Source: Nemertoderma westbladi (lineage: Eukaryota; Animalia; Xenacoelomorpha). Taken from it: 42,325 nt of DNA. Position numbers and translations under genes: made by a program. Every line of letters begins with the position of its first letter. The first letter of the stretch is position 1. Shown here piece by piece: positions 1 to 13,900 of this stretch. The notes beneath the pieces are model-generated. The model was given only the letters and a program-made list of their open reading frames with translations. It did not search any database and was not told the DNA's origin. Where the stretch lies: the NCBI GenBank assembly GCA_032718475.1, contig JAUCBJ010007529.1:1-42325 (forward strand), read 5' to 3'.

Positions 1-1219
1 TTTTTTCTTAAAATCGCTAATCCATTATAATTTAGCGTATTGCGCCAAAAGTATTTTTAAATTGTAGCAAATTACCTCCGCTATCTTTTTTCTTAACATT
101 TATAATTAAAATTACGAATTTTAAGGGTCGAAAAATGTCGCGTAATTTTGGCCCTTTTTTTCATTTTTTTTTGGGGCCAAAAATGACCCCCTCTTAAAAG
201 ATAGAAAAAAAAATTACGGCAAAGAATATACCAATTTTATTGAATTTGGACCATCAGAACCGAAGTTAGAGCGATTTTAGTGAAAAAATAAAAAAAAATT
301 TTTTTACAAAAAAATAAGAATGGTCAATATTGGATTTCGTACCCACGAACTTAGGTTTCATTAACATGATTGATAACCACTAGACTACGTGAACAATATA
401 ATTTGAAATTTTCGAGTGACTATTTTTAAACATCAATAACTTCGGTTCTATTGGGCCGTTTGATCTGAATCTTTTTTCATTGGATAGAGGATAGATTGTA
501 GTGTGTGAAATAGGATACAACTTGGGAAAAGACGCATGTGCACATAGTTCAAATTGCACTTAAATAGTGCACATTTTTTCGATATTTCAAACACTATTAT
601 TTCAAGTTCTATACATCCTAGAATGTTATTTTTTGGGTTAAAATGTAGTTTGGAATGATTTCTAACTATAATCTTAACATTTGTTTATCTTTTTATGTCT
701 ATAAAGAGACTTAAAATGTCCATGAATATGGTCCAAAATCGCAAATGTCGCGATTTATTAAATTGGATTTTTGACACTTTTAGCAACTGACAATTGATCA
801 TGCACCATCGTAGATCGGTAGAGAATAGACATAAGTGTGTTAAATAGGAACCACCTTTAGGATCCGCTAAAGTGCACTTGTGCAAATATGTGTGCAAATG
901 TGCAATTTTTTTTAATAAGGTCAAATGGTGTATTATTGGGTTCTTTTCGTTGCAGATAGTTTATTTTCATATTAATATGTTGTTTGGACCTTACTGAGCG
1001 CATTAGGAGTATGTGTACAAATAACCGGTCCTTATAAGGGTTCAATTGTATAAATTAATAATAAATAAGGTTGTAATATTCTAAAAACCAGTGTGATCTT
1101 AAATGAACTTTAAACAATAAATAGAGATCAGATAACAAATGGACCACACAATTTATTAAAAAACTCGCACCTCTTCGGACTTAATATATTGCTTCAATTT
1201 TATTCAACAGTAGATATTT

Positions 1220-1267
1220 GGGGGAAGTTAGATAAACTGCATTTATGCAGTGAATCTAACTTCCCCC
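1220..1267. other. 48-bp near-perfect palindrome present in every array unit (also 4176-4223, 7148-7195, 10111-10158, 13085-13132)
   Basis: GGGGGAAGTTAGAT-AA-ACTGCAT-TT-ATGCAGT-GA-ATCTAACTTCCCCC: 14-bp outer and 7-bp inner complementary arms. Confidence 0.9.
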
Positions 1268-1840
1268 TTCATGATATAATATACCAAAGACACACTCTTT
1301 GGAGGACCTGTTGTTTACTATGTAGACTTTGTTCAACCTAAACAACTTAAGTCAGATTAACAATATTATCCTGTAAAATTTCTAAGCAATGACTGGTATG
1401 AAAAATGCTGATCTTCGAACTATGGTTCTGTAATTAAATTTTATTACTTCAACTTTTATACGGATTTACCAGTAAAAGAAACCTAGAATCTATTATCACA
1501 ATGTAACAGTATCAATAACCATATCTATTATATGTAGATCGTAACAGAAACAGCCTCGATTCACGTATTATAATTTCAGAGCTGAAATGTTTCGGTGACT
1601 ATAACTTACAGATTTCGTATCATACGTACTAACGACTGAGTAGAATATATTAATATTAATGGGTCACCGGTATATAGAACAAGTGAACACTGGGAGCGAA
1701 AATATATTACATAAAATTTCGAGTAATATAAAATTAACGAGTGTCATTCAACCTATACCCCCCCCCCCCCCCCCCCCCCCCCCCTCCACGCTTTTCCCTT
1801 TACCTCGTGGTCTTTCTTTAAGTATATCTATATTGAGGGG

Positions 1841-1915
1841 CCCACCTTGGTGGGAAGAAATATCTTTTAAAAACATTCAGTAAGGGCGGCGTCGAGTGAG
1901 GTGAATTCGCCGCCC
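1841..1915. other. Pair of GC-rich hairpins in the array unit
   Basis: CCCACC-TT-GGTGGG (1841-1854) and GGGCGGCG-N16-CGCCGCCC (1884-1915), separated by an A/T tract. Recognisable, with variants, in all five units. Confidence 0.8.
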
Positions 1916-4900
1916 CTCTAAAGGACGCAGTCTACATGCTGGACGCGTAGTTACTGCGAAAACGGTGTCCCCCCCCCATTCGACCTATTTCCAGAGGTAC
2001 GATTTTCTCGATTTTTCGAGGGGAGACGCGTAATGCCAAAAAAATAAGATTCTTCAGAGCTTTTAGCGAATCTATCGTTTTGACGGACATGACGGACAAT
2101 TGTCTGGTTTTTTTGTCTTTTTTTCACTAGGACTCTTAAAAAACCTCTATTTGACGCATCCAGAGACACCGGGAATCGAAAGAGGGGGTCTAAATTAGAC
2201 GTTTCCACTTCTTGGAATACCCCGCCTCCGGGCTTGTTTTCCGGCTATTGTCCGTCAAAGTTGAAAAAACGGACAAAATGACTTTGCGGGATCCGTAATA
2301 ACTCGGCTACTATTTATCGTACGGGAACGAAAGTAACGCGGTTGGAATGATGACGAGTGGGTCTACCTTCGTATCGAATGGGGGTAAGAGATTTATTAAA
2401 ATTTCGGGTGGAAAAAGGGGCCGTAAATTTGTACGTTTTTGTCCGTCTTTTTTCGAAATTTTATTTCCGAAATGTTTAATTTGACAACGCGGGTCGGATT
2501 CCACTAATTCTTTTTTGAAACTCGTAGGAGACCATTGGGGCTACGTTCGTATCGAGTGGGGGTACAACAAATATGTCGACAATAGGGGCCAAAAAGGGCC
2601 AGAATATGAAAAATAGTTTTTATCGAATATTTTTTTATTTTTCACTTTAGTTGGTTAAGGTACATTTTATACGGTCAATATCGATACGGGGAATTCAAAT
2701 ATGCTATCGGTTTTGCTGCGCAAATGATATAAAAAAAATGAGGGCCATTATTAAAATTTCGCGTTTCAAACTCACTGCGCGGGAACTCGTCCAGCTCGCA
2801 AACTACTTAACTTACGGGAGATTTGTTTACACAGACTTATAGAGCTTTAAATTATCTATCTAACAGCGTTAATTAGAGCGCCGTAGCTTATATACAACTG
2901 GTGCGGCAGACGATCGTGTGAAATAAAATATTTATAAAAAGGGACGAAAAATTTTTTTTTTCTAATAAATCACTACTCCATTATAATTTAGCGTATTGCG
3001 CCAAAAGTACATTTAAAATGTAGCAAATTACCTCCGCTATCTTTTTTCTTAACATATATAATTAAAATTAACAATTTTAAGGGTCGAAAAATATCGCGTA
3101 ATTTTGGCCCTTTTTTTTCATTTTTTTTGGGGCCAAAAATGACCCCCTCTCAAAAGATAGAAAAAAAAATTACGGCAAAGAATATACCAATTTTATTGAA
3201 TTTGGACCACCAGAACCGAAGTTAGAGCGATTTTAGTGAAAAAATAAAAAAAAATTTTTTTACAAAAAATTAAGAATGGCCAATATTGGATTTCGTACCC
3301 GCGACCTTAGGTTTCAATAACGTGATTGATAACCACTAGACTATGTGACCAAGAGAATTTGAAATTTTCGAGTGACTATGTTTAAACATCAATAACTTCG
3401 GTTTTACTGGGCCGTTTGATCTGAAACTTTTTTCAATGGATAGAGGATAGATTGTAGTGTTTGAAATAGGATACAACTTGAGAAAAGACGCATGTGCACT
3501 TAGTGCAAAATGCACTTAAATATTCGACATTTTTTCGATATTTCAAACACTATTATTTCCAGTTCTATTCATCGTAGAATGTTATTTTTTGGATTAAAAT
3601 GTAGTTTGGAATGATTTCTAACTATAATCTTAACATTTGTTTATCTTTTTATGTCTATAAAGTGACTTAAAATGTCCATGAATATGGTCCAAAATCGCGA
3701 ATGTCGCGATTTATTAAATTGGATTTTTGACACTTTTAGCGACTGACACTTGATCATGCACCATCGTAGATCAGTAGAGAATAGACATAAGTGTGTTAAA
3801 TAGGAACCACCTTTAGGATCCGCTAAAGTGCACTTGTGCAAATATGTGTGCAAATGTGCAATTTTTTTTAATAAGGTCAAATGGTGTATTATTGGGTTCT
3901 TTTCGTTGCAGATAATTTATTTTCATATTAATATGTTGTATGGACCTTACTGAGCGCATTAGGAGTATGTGTACAAATAACCGGTCCTTATAAGGGTTCG
4001 ATTGTATAAATTAATAATAAATAAGGTTGTAATATTCTAAAAACCAGTGTGATCTTAAATGAACTTTAAACAATAAATAGAGATAAGATAACAAATGGAC
4101 CACACAATTTATTAAAAAACTCGAACCTTTTCGGACTTAATATATGGCTTCAATTTTATTCAACAGTAGATATTTGGGGGAAGTTAGATAAACTGCATTT
4201 ATGCAGTGAATCTAACTTCCCCCTTCATGATATAATATACCAAAGACACACTCTTTGGAGGACCTGTTGTTTACTATGTAGACTTTGTTCAACCTAAACA
4301 ACTTAAGTCAGATTAACAATATATCCTGTAAAATTTCTAAGCAATGACTGGTATGAATAATGCTGATCTTCGAACTATGGTTCTGTAATTAAATTTTATT
4401 ACTTCAACATTTATACGGATTTACCAGTGAAAGAAACCTAGAATCCATTATCACAATGTAACAGTATCAATAACCATATCTATTCTATGTAGATCATAAG
4501 AGAGACATCCTTGATTCATATATTATAATTTCCGAGCTGCAATGTTTCGGTGACTATAACTTACAGACTTCGTATTATGTACAAACGACTGAGTAGTATA
4601 TATTAATATTAATGGGTTACCGGTATATAGAACGAGTGTAGACTGGGAGCGAAAATATATTACATACAATTTCGAGTAATATAAAATTAACGAGTCCAGT
4701 TCGTCTCCCCTCGTGTCATTCGACGCATACCACCCCCCCCCCCCCCCCCCCCCGTCCACGCTTTTCCCTTTACCTCGTGGTCTTTCTTTAAGTATAACTT
4801 CATTTTGGGTCCACCTTGGTGGGAAGAAACATTTTTTAAAAACATTCAGTAAGGGCGGCGTCGAGTGAGGTGAATTCGCCGCCCCTCTAAAGGACGCAGT

Positions 4901-7900
4901 CTACATAGAGGACGCGTAGTTACTGCGAAAACGGTGTTCCCCCCCCCATTCGACCTATTTCCAGAGGTACGATTTTCTTGATTTTTCGAGGGGGGACGCG
5001 TAATGCCAAAAAAATAAGATTCTTCAGAGCTTTTAGCGAATCTATCGTTTTGACGGACATGACGGACAATTGTCTGGTTTTTTTGTCTTTTTTTCACTAG
5101 GACTCTTAAAAAACCTCTATTTGACGCATCCAGAGACACCGAGAATCGAAAGAGGGGGTCTAAATTAGACTTTTCCACATCTTGGAATACCCCGCCTCCG
5201 GGCTTGTTTTCCGTCTATTGTCCGTCAAAGTTGAAAAAACGGACAAAATGACTTTGCGGAATCCGCTATAACTCGGCTAATATTAATCGTACGGGGACGA
5301 AAGTAACGCGGTTGGAAAGGGGAAGAGTGGTACTACCTTCGTATCGAATGGGGGTAAGAGATTTAATAAAATTTCGGGTGGAAAAAGGGGCCGTAAATTT
5401 TTACGTTTTTGTCCGTCTTTTTTCGAAATTTTATTTCCGAAATGTTTAATTTGACAACGCGGGTAGGATTCCACTAATTCTTTTTTGAAACTCGTAGAAG
5501 ACCATTGGGGCTACGTTCCTATCGAGTGGGGGTACAAAAAATATGTTGACAATAGGGGCCAAAAAGGGCCAGAATATGAAAAATAGTTTTTATCGAATTA
5601 TTTTTTATTTTTCACTTTAGTTGGTTAAGGTACATTTTATATGGTCAATATCGATACGGGGAATTCAAATATGCTATCGGTTTTGCTCCGCGGACGCTAT
5701 TAAAAAAATGAGGGCCAATATTAAAATTTCGCGTTTCAAACTCGCTGCGCGGGAACACGTCTAGCTCGAAAACTACTCAACGTCTGGGAAACGTATTTAA
5801 ACATTCTTATAGAGCGTTAAATTATCTATCTTTCAGCGTTAGTTACAACGCCGTAGCTATTATACAACTGGAGCGGCAGACGATCGTGTGAAATAAAATA
5901 TTTATAAAAGGGACGAAAAAAATTTTTTTTTCCTTAAAATCGCTAATCCATTATAATTTAGCGTATTGCGCCAAAAGTATTTTTAAATTGTAGCAAATTA
6001 CCTCCGCTATCTTTTTTCTTAACATTTATAATTAAAATTACGAATTTTAAGGGCCGAAAAATATCGCGTAATTTTGGCCCTTTTTTTCATTTTTTTTTGG
6101 GGCCAAAAATGACCCCCTCTCAAAAGATAGAAAAAAAAATTGCGGCAAAGAATATACAAATTTTATTGAATTTGGACCATCAGAACCGAAGTTAGAGCGA
6201 TTTTAGTGAAAAAATAAAAACATTTTTTTTTTGCAAAAAATTAAGAATGGCCAATATTGGATTTCGTACCCACGAACTTAGGTTTCATTAACGTGATTGA
6301 TAACCACTAGACTATGTGACCAAGAGAATTTGAAATTTTCGAGTGACTATTTTAAAACATCAATAACTTCGGTTCTACTGGGCCGTTTGATCTGAAACTT
6401 TTTTCATTGGATAGAGGATAGATTGTAGTGTGTGAAATAGGATACAACTTGGGAAAAGACGCATGTGCACTTAGTGAAAAATGCACTTAAATAGTGCACA
6501 TTTTTTCGATAATTCAAACACTATTATTTCAAGTTCTATACATCCTAGAATGTTATTTTTTGGGTTAAAATGTAGTTTGGAGTAATTTCTAACTATAATC
6601 TTAACATTTGTTTATCTTTTTATGTCTATAAAGTGACTTAAAATGTCCATGAATATGGTCCAAAATCGCAAATGTCGCGATTTATTAAATTGGATTTTTG
6701 ACACTTTTAGCGACTGACACTTGATCATGCACCATCGTAGATCGGTAGAGAATAGACATAAGTGTGTTAAATAGGAACCACCTTTAGGATCCACTAAAGT
6801 GCACTTGTGCAAATAAGTGTGCAAAAGTGCAATTTTTTTAATAAGATCAAATGGTGTATTATTGGGTTCTTTTCGTTGCAGATAGTTTATTTTCATATTA
6901 ATATGTTGTTTGGACCTTACTGAGCGCATTAGGGACATGTGTACCAATAACCGGTACTTATAAGGGTTCGATTGGGTAAATTAATAAAACATAAGGTTGT
7001 AATATTCTAAAAAAACAGTGTGATCTTAAATGAATTTTAAACAATAAATAGAGATCAGATAACAAATGGACCATACAATTTATTAAAAAAAATCGCACCT
7101 CTTTGGACTTAATATATGGCTTCAATTTTATTCAACAGTAGATATTTGGGGGAAGTTAGATAAACTGCATTTATGCAGTGAATCTAACTTCCCCCTTCAT
7201 GATATAATATACCAAAGACAAACTCTTTGGAGGACCTTTTGTTTATTATGTAGACTTTGTTAAACCTAAACAACTTAAGTCAGATTAACAATATTATCCT
7301 GTAAAATTTCTAAGCAATGACTGGTATAAAAAATGCTCATCTTCGAACTATGGTTCTGTAATTAAATTTTATTACTTCAACATTAATAGGGATTTACCAA
7401 TGAAAGAAACCTAGAATCCATTATCACAATGTAACAGTATCAATAACCATATCTATTCTATGTAGATCATAAGAGAGACATCCTTGATTCATATATTATA
7501 ATTTCCGAGCTGAAATGTTTCGGTGACTATAACTTACAGGCTTCGTATTATGTACAAACGACTGAGTAGTATATATTAATATTAATGGGTTACCGGTATA
7601 TAGAACGAGTGTAGACTGGGAGCGAAAATATATTACATACAATTTCGAGTAATATAAAATTAACGAGTCCAGTTCGTCTCCCCTCGTGTTAACCGACCCA
7701 TACCCCCATCCTTCCCCCTCCCTCCACGCGTTTCCCTTTACCTCGTGGTCTTTCGTCAAGTATATATTCCGTGTGGGTCCACCTTGGTGGGATGAAACCA
7801 TTTTCACTTTTATACAATCGCGGCCGTGTGAGTGAGGTGAATACGGCCGCTCCTAATACCGGAGGATCTATAACGTTATCCCGAAAACGAGGGTTTCCCA

Positions 7901-10900
7901 TGGTAACTCCTAAACTAGCCACTATTTTTTCTTTATTTTCGTTTTGGAGGCGCGCGGGCCTATTCTAAGACGCTTAGCTTGGCCCTTTTTTTCAATCTAT
8001 TTGTTTGACGGACATGACGGACAATTTTCGTTCCGATTTTTGTCGATTTTAACATTAGGTTCTATGTAAACTACAAAAACCACGGGCGAAAGTACTTTTT
8101 TTATCGTTGAAACATGAAGAGGGACTCCAAATTAGATGTTTACAGCTTTAAAAATGGGGGGTCCCCGAGTTACTTTTCCGTCTATTGTCCGTCAAAGTTA
8201 GAAAAACGGACAAAATGACTTTGCGGGAACCACTACAACTCGGCTAATATTAATCGTACGGGCACGAAAGTAACGCAGTTGGAAAGGGGAAGAGTGGCGC
8301 TATCTTCGTATCGAATGGGGGTAAGATATTTACTAATATTTCGAGTGGAAAAAGGGGCCGTAACTTTGTCTGTTTTTTTCCATCTTTTTTATATATTTTA
8401 TATTTCCGAAATTTTTATTTCGAAAACGCGAGTAGGAATCCGCCAATTCTTTTTCGGAATGCATAAAACACCACAGGGGCTACGATCCTATCGAATGGGG
8501 GTACAAAAAATAAGTAGGCAAAGGGGTCCAAAAAGGGCCAGAAAATGATAAAATGTTTATAACTAATAACTTTTTTATTTTCGACTCTAGAAGGTTAAGG
8601 TTTATTTTATACGGTGAATATCGATACGTGGAATCCAAATATTCGATTGGTTTTGCTGCGCAAGCGATATTAAAAAATTGAGGGCCAATATTAAAATTTC
8701 GCGTTTCAAACTCGCTGCGCGGGAACTCGTCTAGCTCGAAAACTACTCAACGTCTGGGAAACGTATTTAAACAGACTTATAGAGCGTTAAATTATCTATC
8801 TTTCAGCGTTAGTTACAGCGCCGTAGCTATTATACAACTGGTGCGGCAGACGATCGTGTGAAATAAAATATTTATAAAAGAGACGAAAAAAAATTTTTTT
8901 TTCTTATAATCGCTAATCCATTATAATTTCGCGTATAGCGCCAAAAGTATATTTAAAATGTAGCAAATTACCTCCGCTATCTTTTTTCTTAACATTTATA
9001 ATTAAAATTACGAATTTTAAGGGTCGAAAAATATCGAGTAATTCTGGCCTTTTTTTTTCATTTTTTTTGGGGCCAAAAATGACCCCCTCTCAAAAGATAG
9101 AAAAAAAAATTACGGCAAAGAATATACAAATTTTATTGAATTTGGACCACCAGAACCGAAGTTAGAGCGATTTTAGTGAAAAAATAAAAAAAAATTTTTT
9201 ACAAAAAATTAAGAATGGCCAATATTGGATTTCGTACCCGCGAACTTAGGTTTCATTAACGTGATTGATAACCACTAGACTATGTGACCAAGTGAATTTG
9301 AAATTTTCGAGTGACTATTTTAAAACATCAATAACTTCGGTTCTACTGGGCCGTTTGATCTGAAACTTTTTTCATTGGATAGAGGATAGATTGTAGTGTG
9401 TGAAATAGGATACAACTTGGGAAAAGACGCATGTGCACTTAGTGCAAAATGCACTTAAATGGTGCACATTTTTTCGATAATTCAAACAGTATTATTTCAA
9501 GTTCTATACATCCTAGAATGTTAGTTTTTGGGTTAAAATGTATTTTGGAGTGATTTCTAACTATAATCTTAACATTTGTTTATCTTTTTATGTCTATAAA
9601 GTGACTTAAAATGTCCATGAATATGGTCCGAAATCGCAAATGTCGCGATTTATTAAATTTCATTTTTGACACTTTTAGCGACTGACACTTGATCATGCAC
9701 TATCGTAGATCGGTAGAGGATAGACAAAAGTGTGTTAATTAGGAACCACCTTTAGGATCCGCTAAAGTGCACTTGTGCAAATATGTGTGCAAATGTGCAA
9801 TTTTTTGTAATAAGGTCAAATGGTGTATTATTGGGTTCTTTTCGTTGCAGATAGTTTATTTTCATATTAATATGTTGTTTGGACCTTAATGAGCGCATTA
9901 GAAGTATGTGTACAAATAACCGGTCCTTATAAGGGTTCAATTTGTTAAATTAATAAAAAATAAGGTTGAAATATTCTAAAAAACCAGTGTGATTTTAAAT
10001 GAACCTTAAATAATAAATAGAGATCCGATAACAAATGTACCACACAATTTATTAAAAAACTCGCACCTTTTTGGACTTATCGCTTCAATTTTATTCAACA
10101 GTGGATATTTGGGGGAAGTTAGATGAACTGCATTTATGCAGTGATTCTAACTTCCCCCTTTTTAATATAAAATACCAAAGGCAGATTCTTTGGAGGACCT
10201 GTTGTTTACTATGTAGACTTTGTTCAACCTAAACAACTAAAGTCAGATTAACAATATTATCCTGTAAAATTGCTAAGCAATGAGTGGTATGAATAATGCT
10301 GATCTTCGAACTATGGTTCTGAAATTAAATTTCATTACTTCAACATTTATAGGGATTTACCAGTGAAAGAAACCTAGAATCCATTTTCACAATGTAACAG
10401 TATCAATAACCATATCTATTCTATGTAGATCATAAGAGAGACATCCTTGATTCATATATTATAATTTCCGAGCTGAAATGTTTCGGTGGCTATAAATTTC
10501 AGACTTCGTATTATGTACAAACGACTGAGTAGTATATATTAATATTAAGGAGTTACCGGTATATAGAACAAGTGTACACTGGGAGCGAAAATATATTACA
10601 TAAAATTTAGAGTAATATAAAATTAACGAGTCCAGTTCGTCTCCCCTCTTGTCATGTCATTCGACCCATACCCCATATCTTTCCTCTTCCCTCCATCATT
10701 TTTCCCTTTACCTCGTGGTATTTCGTTAAGTATAACTTCATTATGGGTCCGCCTTGGTGGGAAGAAATATCTTTTAAAAACATTCAGTAAGGGCGGCGTC
10801 GAGTGAGGTGAATTCGCCGCCCCTCTAAAGGACGCAGTCTACATAGAGGACGCGTAGTTACTGCGAAAACGGTGTTCCCCCCCCATTCGACCTATTTCCA

Positions 10901-13900
10901 GCCGTACGATTTTCTCGATTTTTCGAGGGGGGACGCGTAATGCCAAAAAAATAAGATTCTTCAGAGCTTTTAGCGAATCTATCGTTTTGACGGACATGAC
11001 GGACAATTGTCTGGTTTTTTTGTCTTTTTTTCACTAGGACTCTTAAAAAACCTCTATTTGACGCATCCAGAGACACCGAGAATCGAAAGAGGGGGTCTAA
11101 ATTAGACGTTTCCACATCTTGGAATACCCCGCCTCCGGGCTTGTTTTCCGTCTATTGTCCGTCAAAGTTGAAAAAACGGACAAAATGACTTTGCGGAATC
11201 CGCTATAACTCGGCTAATATTAATCGTACGGGGACGAAAGTAACGCGGTTGGAAAGGGGAAGAGTGGTACTACCTTCGTATCGAATGGGGGTAAGATATT
11301 TATTAAAATTTCGGGTGGAAAAAAGGGGCCGTAAATTTCTACGTTTTTGTCCGTCTTTTTTCGAAATTTTATTTCCGAAATATTTAATTTGACAACGCGG
11401 GTAGGAATCCACTAATTCTTTTTTGAAACTCGTAGAAGACCATTGGGGCTACGTTCCTATCGAGTGGGGGTACAAAAAATATGTCGACAATAGGGGCCAA
11501 AAAGGGCCAGAATATGAAAAATAGTTTTTATCGAATAATTTTTTATTTTTTACTTTAGTTGGTTAACGTAGATTCTATTCAGTCAATATCGATACGGGGA
11601 ATTCAAATATGCTATCGGTTTTGCTCCGCGGACGCTATTAAAAAAATAAGGGCCAAAAATAAAATTTCGCGCTTCAAACTCGCTTCGCGGGAAATCGTCT
11701 AGCTCGAAAACTACTTAATTTACGGGAGATTTGTTTACACAGACTTATAGTGCGTTAAATTATCTATCTAACAGCGTTAATTACAGCGCCGAAGCTATTA
11801 TACAACTGGAGCGGCAGACGATCGTGTGAAATATAATATTTATAAAAAAGGGACGAAAAACGTTTTTTTCTTAATAATCTGCTGTTCTATTATAATTTAG
11901 CTCTTTGCGCCAAAACTACCTGTAAAATGTAGCAAATTAACTCCGCTATCTTTTTTCTTAACATTTATAATTAAAATTACGAATTTTAAGGGTCGAAAAA
12001 TATCGCGTAATTTTGGCCCTTTTTTTCATTTTTTTTTGGGGCCAAAAATGACCCCCTCTCAAAAGATAGAAAAAAAAATTACGGCAAAGAATATACAAAT
12101 TTTATTGAATTTGGACCATCAGAACCGAAGTTAGAGCGATTTTAGTAAAAAAATAAAAAAATTTTTTTTTACAAAAAAATAAGAATGGTCAATATTGGAT
12201 TTCGTACCCACGAACTTAGGTTTCATTAACATGATTGATAACCACTAGACTACGTGACCAATATAATTTGAAATTTTCGAGTGACTATTTTTAAACATCA
12301 ATAACTTCGGTTCTATTGGGCCGTTTGATCTGAATCTTTTTTCATTGGATAGAGGATAGATTGTAGTGTGTGAAATAGGATACAACTTGGGAAAAGACGC
12401 ATGTGCACTTAGTGCAAAATGCACTTAAATAGTGGACATTTTTTCGATAATTCAAACACTATTATTTCCAGTTCTATTCATCGTAGAATGTTATTACTTG
12501 GGTTAAAATGTAGTTTGGAGTGATTTCTAACTATAATCTTAACATTTGTTTATCTTTTTATGTCTATAAAGTGACTTAAAATGTCCATGAATATGGTCCA
12601 AAATCGCAAATGTCGCGATTTGTTAAATTGGATTTTTGACACTTTTAGCGACTGACACTTGATCATGCACCATCGTAGATCGGTAGAGAATAGACATAAG
12701 TGTGTTAAATAGGAACCACCTTTAGGATCCGCTAAAGTGCACTTGTGCAAATATGTGTGCAAATGTGCAATTTTTTTTAATAAGGTCAAATGGTGTATTA
12801 TTGGGTTCTTTTCGTTGCAGATAATTTATTTTCATATTAATATGTTGTATGGACCTTACTGAGCACATTAGGAGTATGTGTACAAATAACCGGTCCTTAT
12901 AAGGGTTCAATTGTATAAATTAATAATAAATAAGGTTGTAATATTCTAAAAACCAGTGTGATCTTAAATGAACTTTAAACAATAAATAGAGATCAGATAA
13001 CAAATGGACCACACAATTTATTAAAAAACTCGCACCTCTTCGGACTTAATATATGGCTTCAATTTTATTCAACAGTAGATATTTGGGGGAAGTTAGATGA
13101 ACTGCATTTATGCAGTGATTCTAACTTCCCCCTTCGTAATATAATATACCAAAGGCACATTCTTTGGAGGACCTGTTGTTTACTATGTAGACTTTGTTCA
13201 ACCTAAACGACTTAAGTCAGATTAACAATATTATACTGTAAAATTTATACGCAATGGTGAGTGGTATAAAATGCTGAACTTCGAACTGTGGTTCTGGAGT
13301 AATTTTTAATACATCAACATCTGTAGGGATTTACCCATAAATGAAATCTAGAATCCATTGTTACAGTATAAGGGTATCAACAACCATATATTCTATATAG
13401 ATCATAACAGAGACTCCTTATTAATTCACAATTATAATTTCAGAGCTGAAATGTTTCGTTGACTATAACTCGCAGACCACATATCGTATACAAACAACCT
13501 AGTAGTGTTTATTTATTTTGGTGAGTTATAAAGGGGAAGGATTCACTTCGAGGAAGATAATATGTCGTTTAAAACAAAAATTAATATAAAAATAACGAGT
13601 CCAGCTGTACTCCACTCCCTGTCACTCGACCAGTGTCTGTCTTCCTCCTCCCTTACCCCTTCCCTCGCTTTTCCCTTTACCTCGTGGTCTTTCGTAAAGT
13701 ATATTTTCATTGAGGGGCCCACCTTGGTGGGAAGAAACACTTTTTAAAAACATTCAGTAAGGGCGGCGTTGAGTGAGGTGAATTCGCCGCCCCTCTAAAG
13801 GACGCAGTCTACATACTGGACGCGTAGTTACTGCGAAAACGGTGTTCCCCCCCCATTCGACCTATTTCCAGCCGTACGATTTTCTCGATTTTTCGAGGGG

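Noticed and set aside
250-275. 'atcagaaccgaagttagagc' resembling a 5S rRNA internal segment
   Set aside because: The flanks do not match 5S rRNA, so the array is not supported as 5S rDNA.
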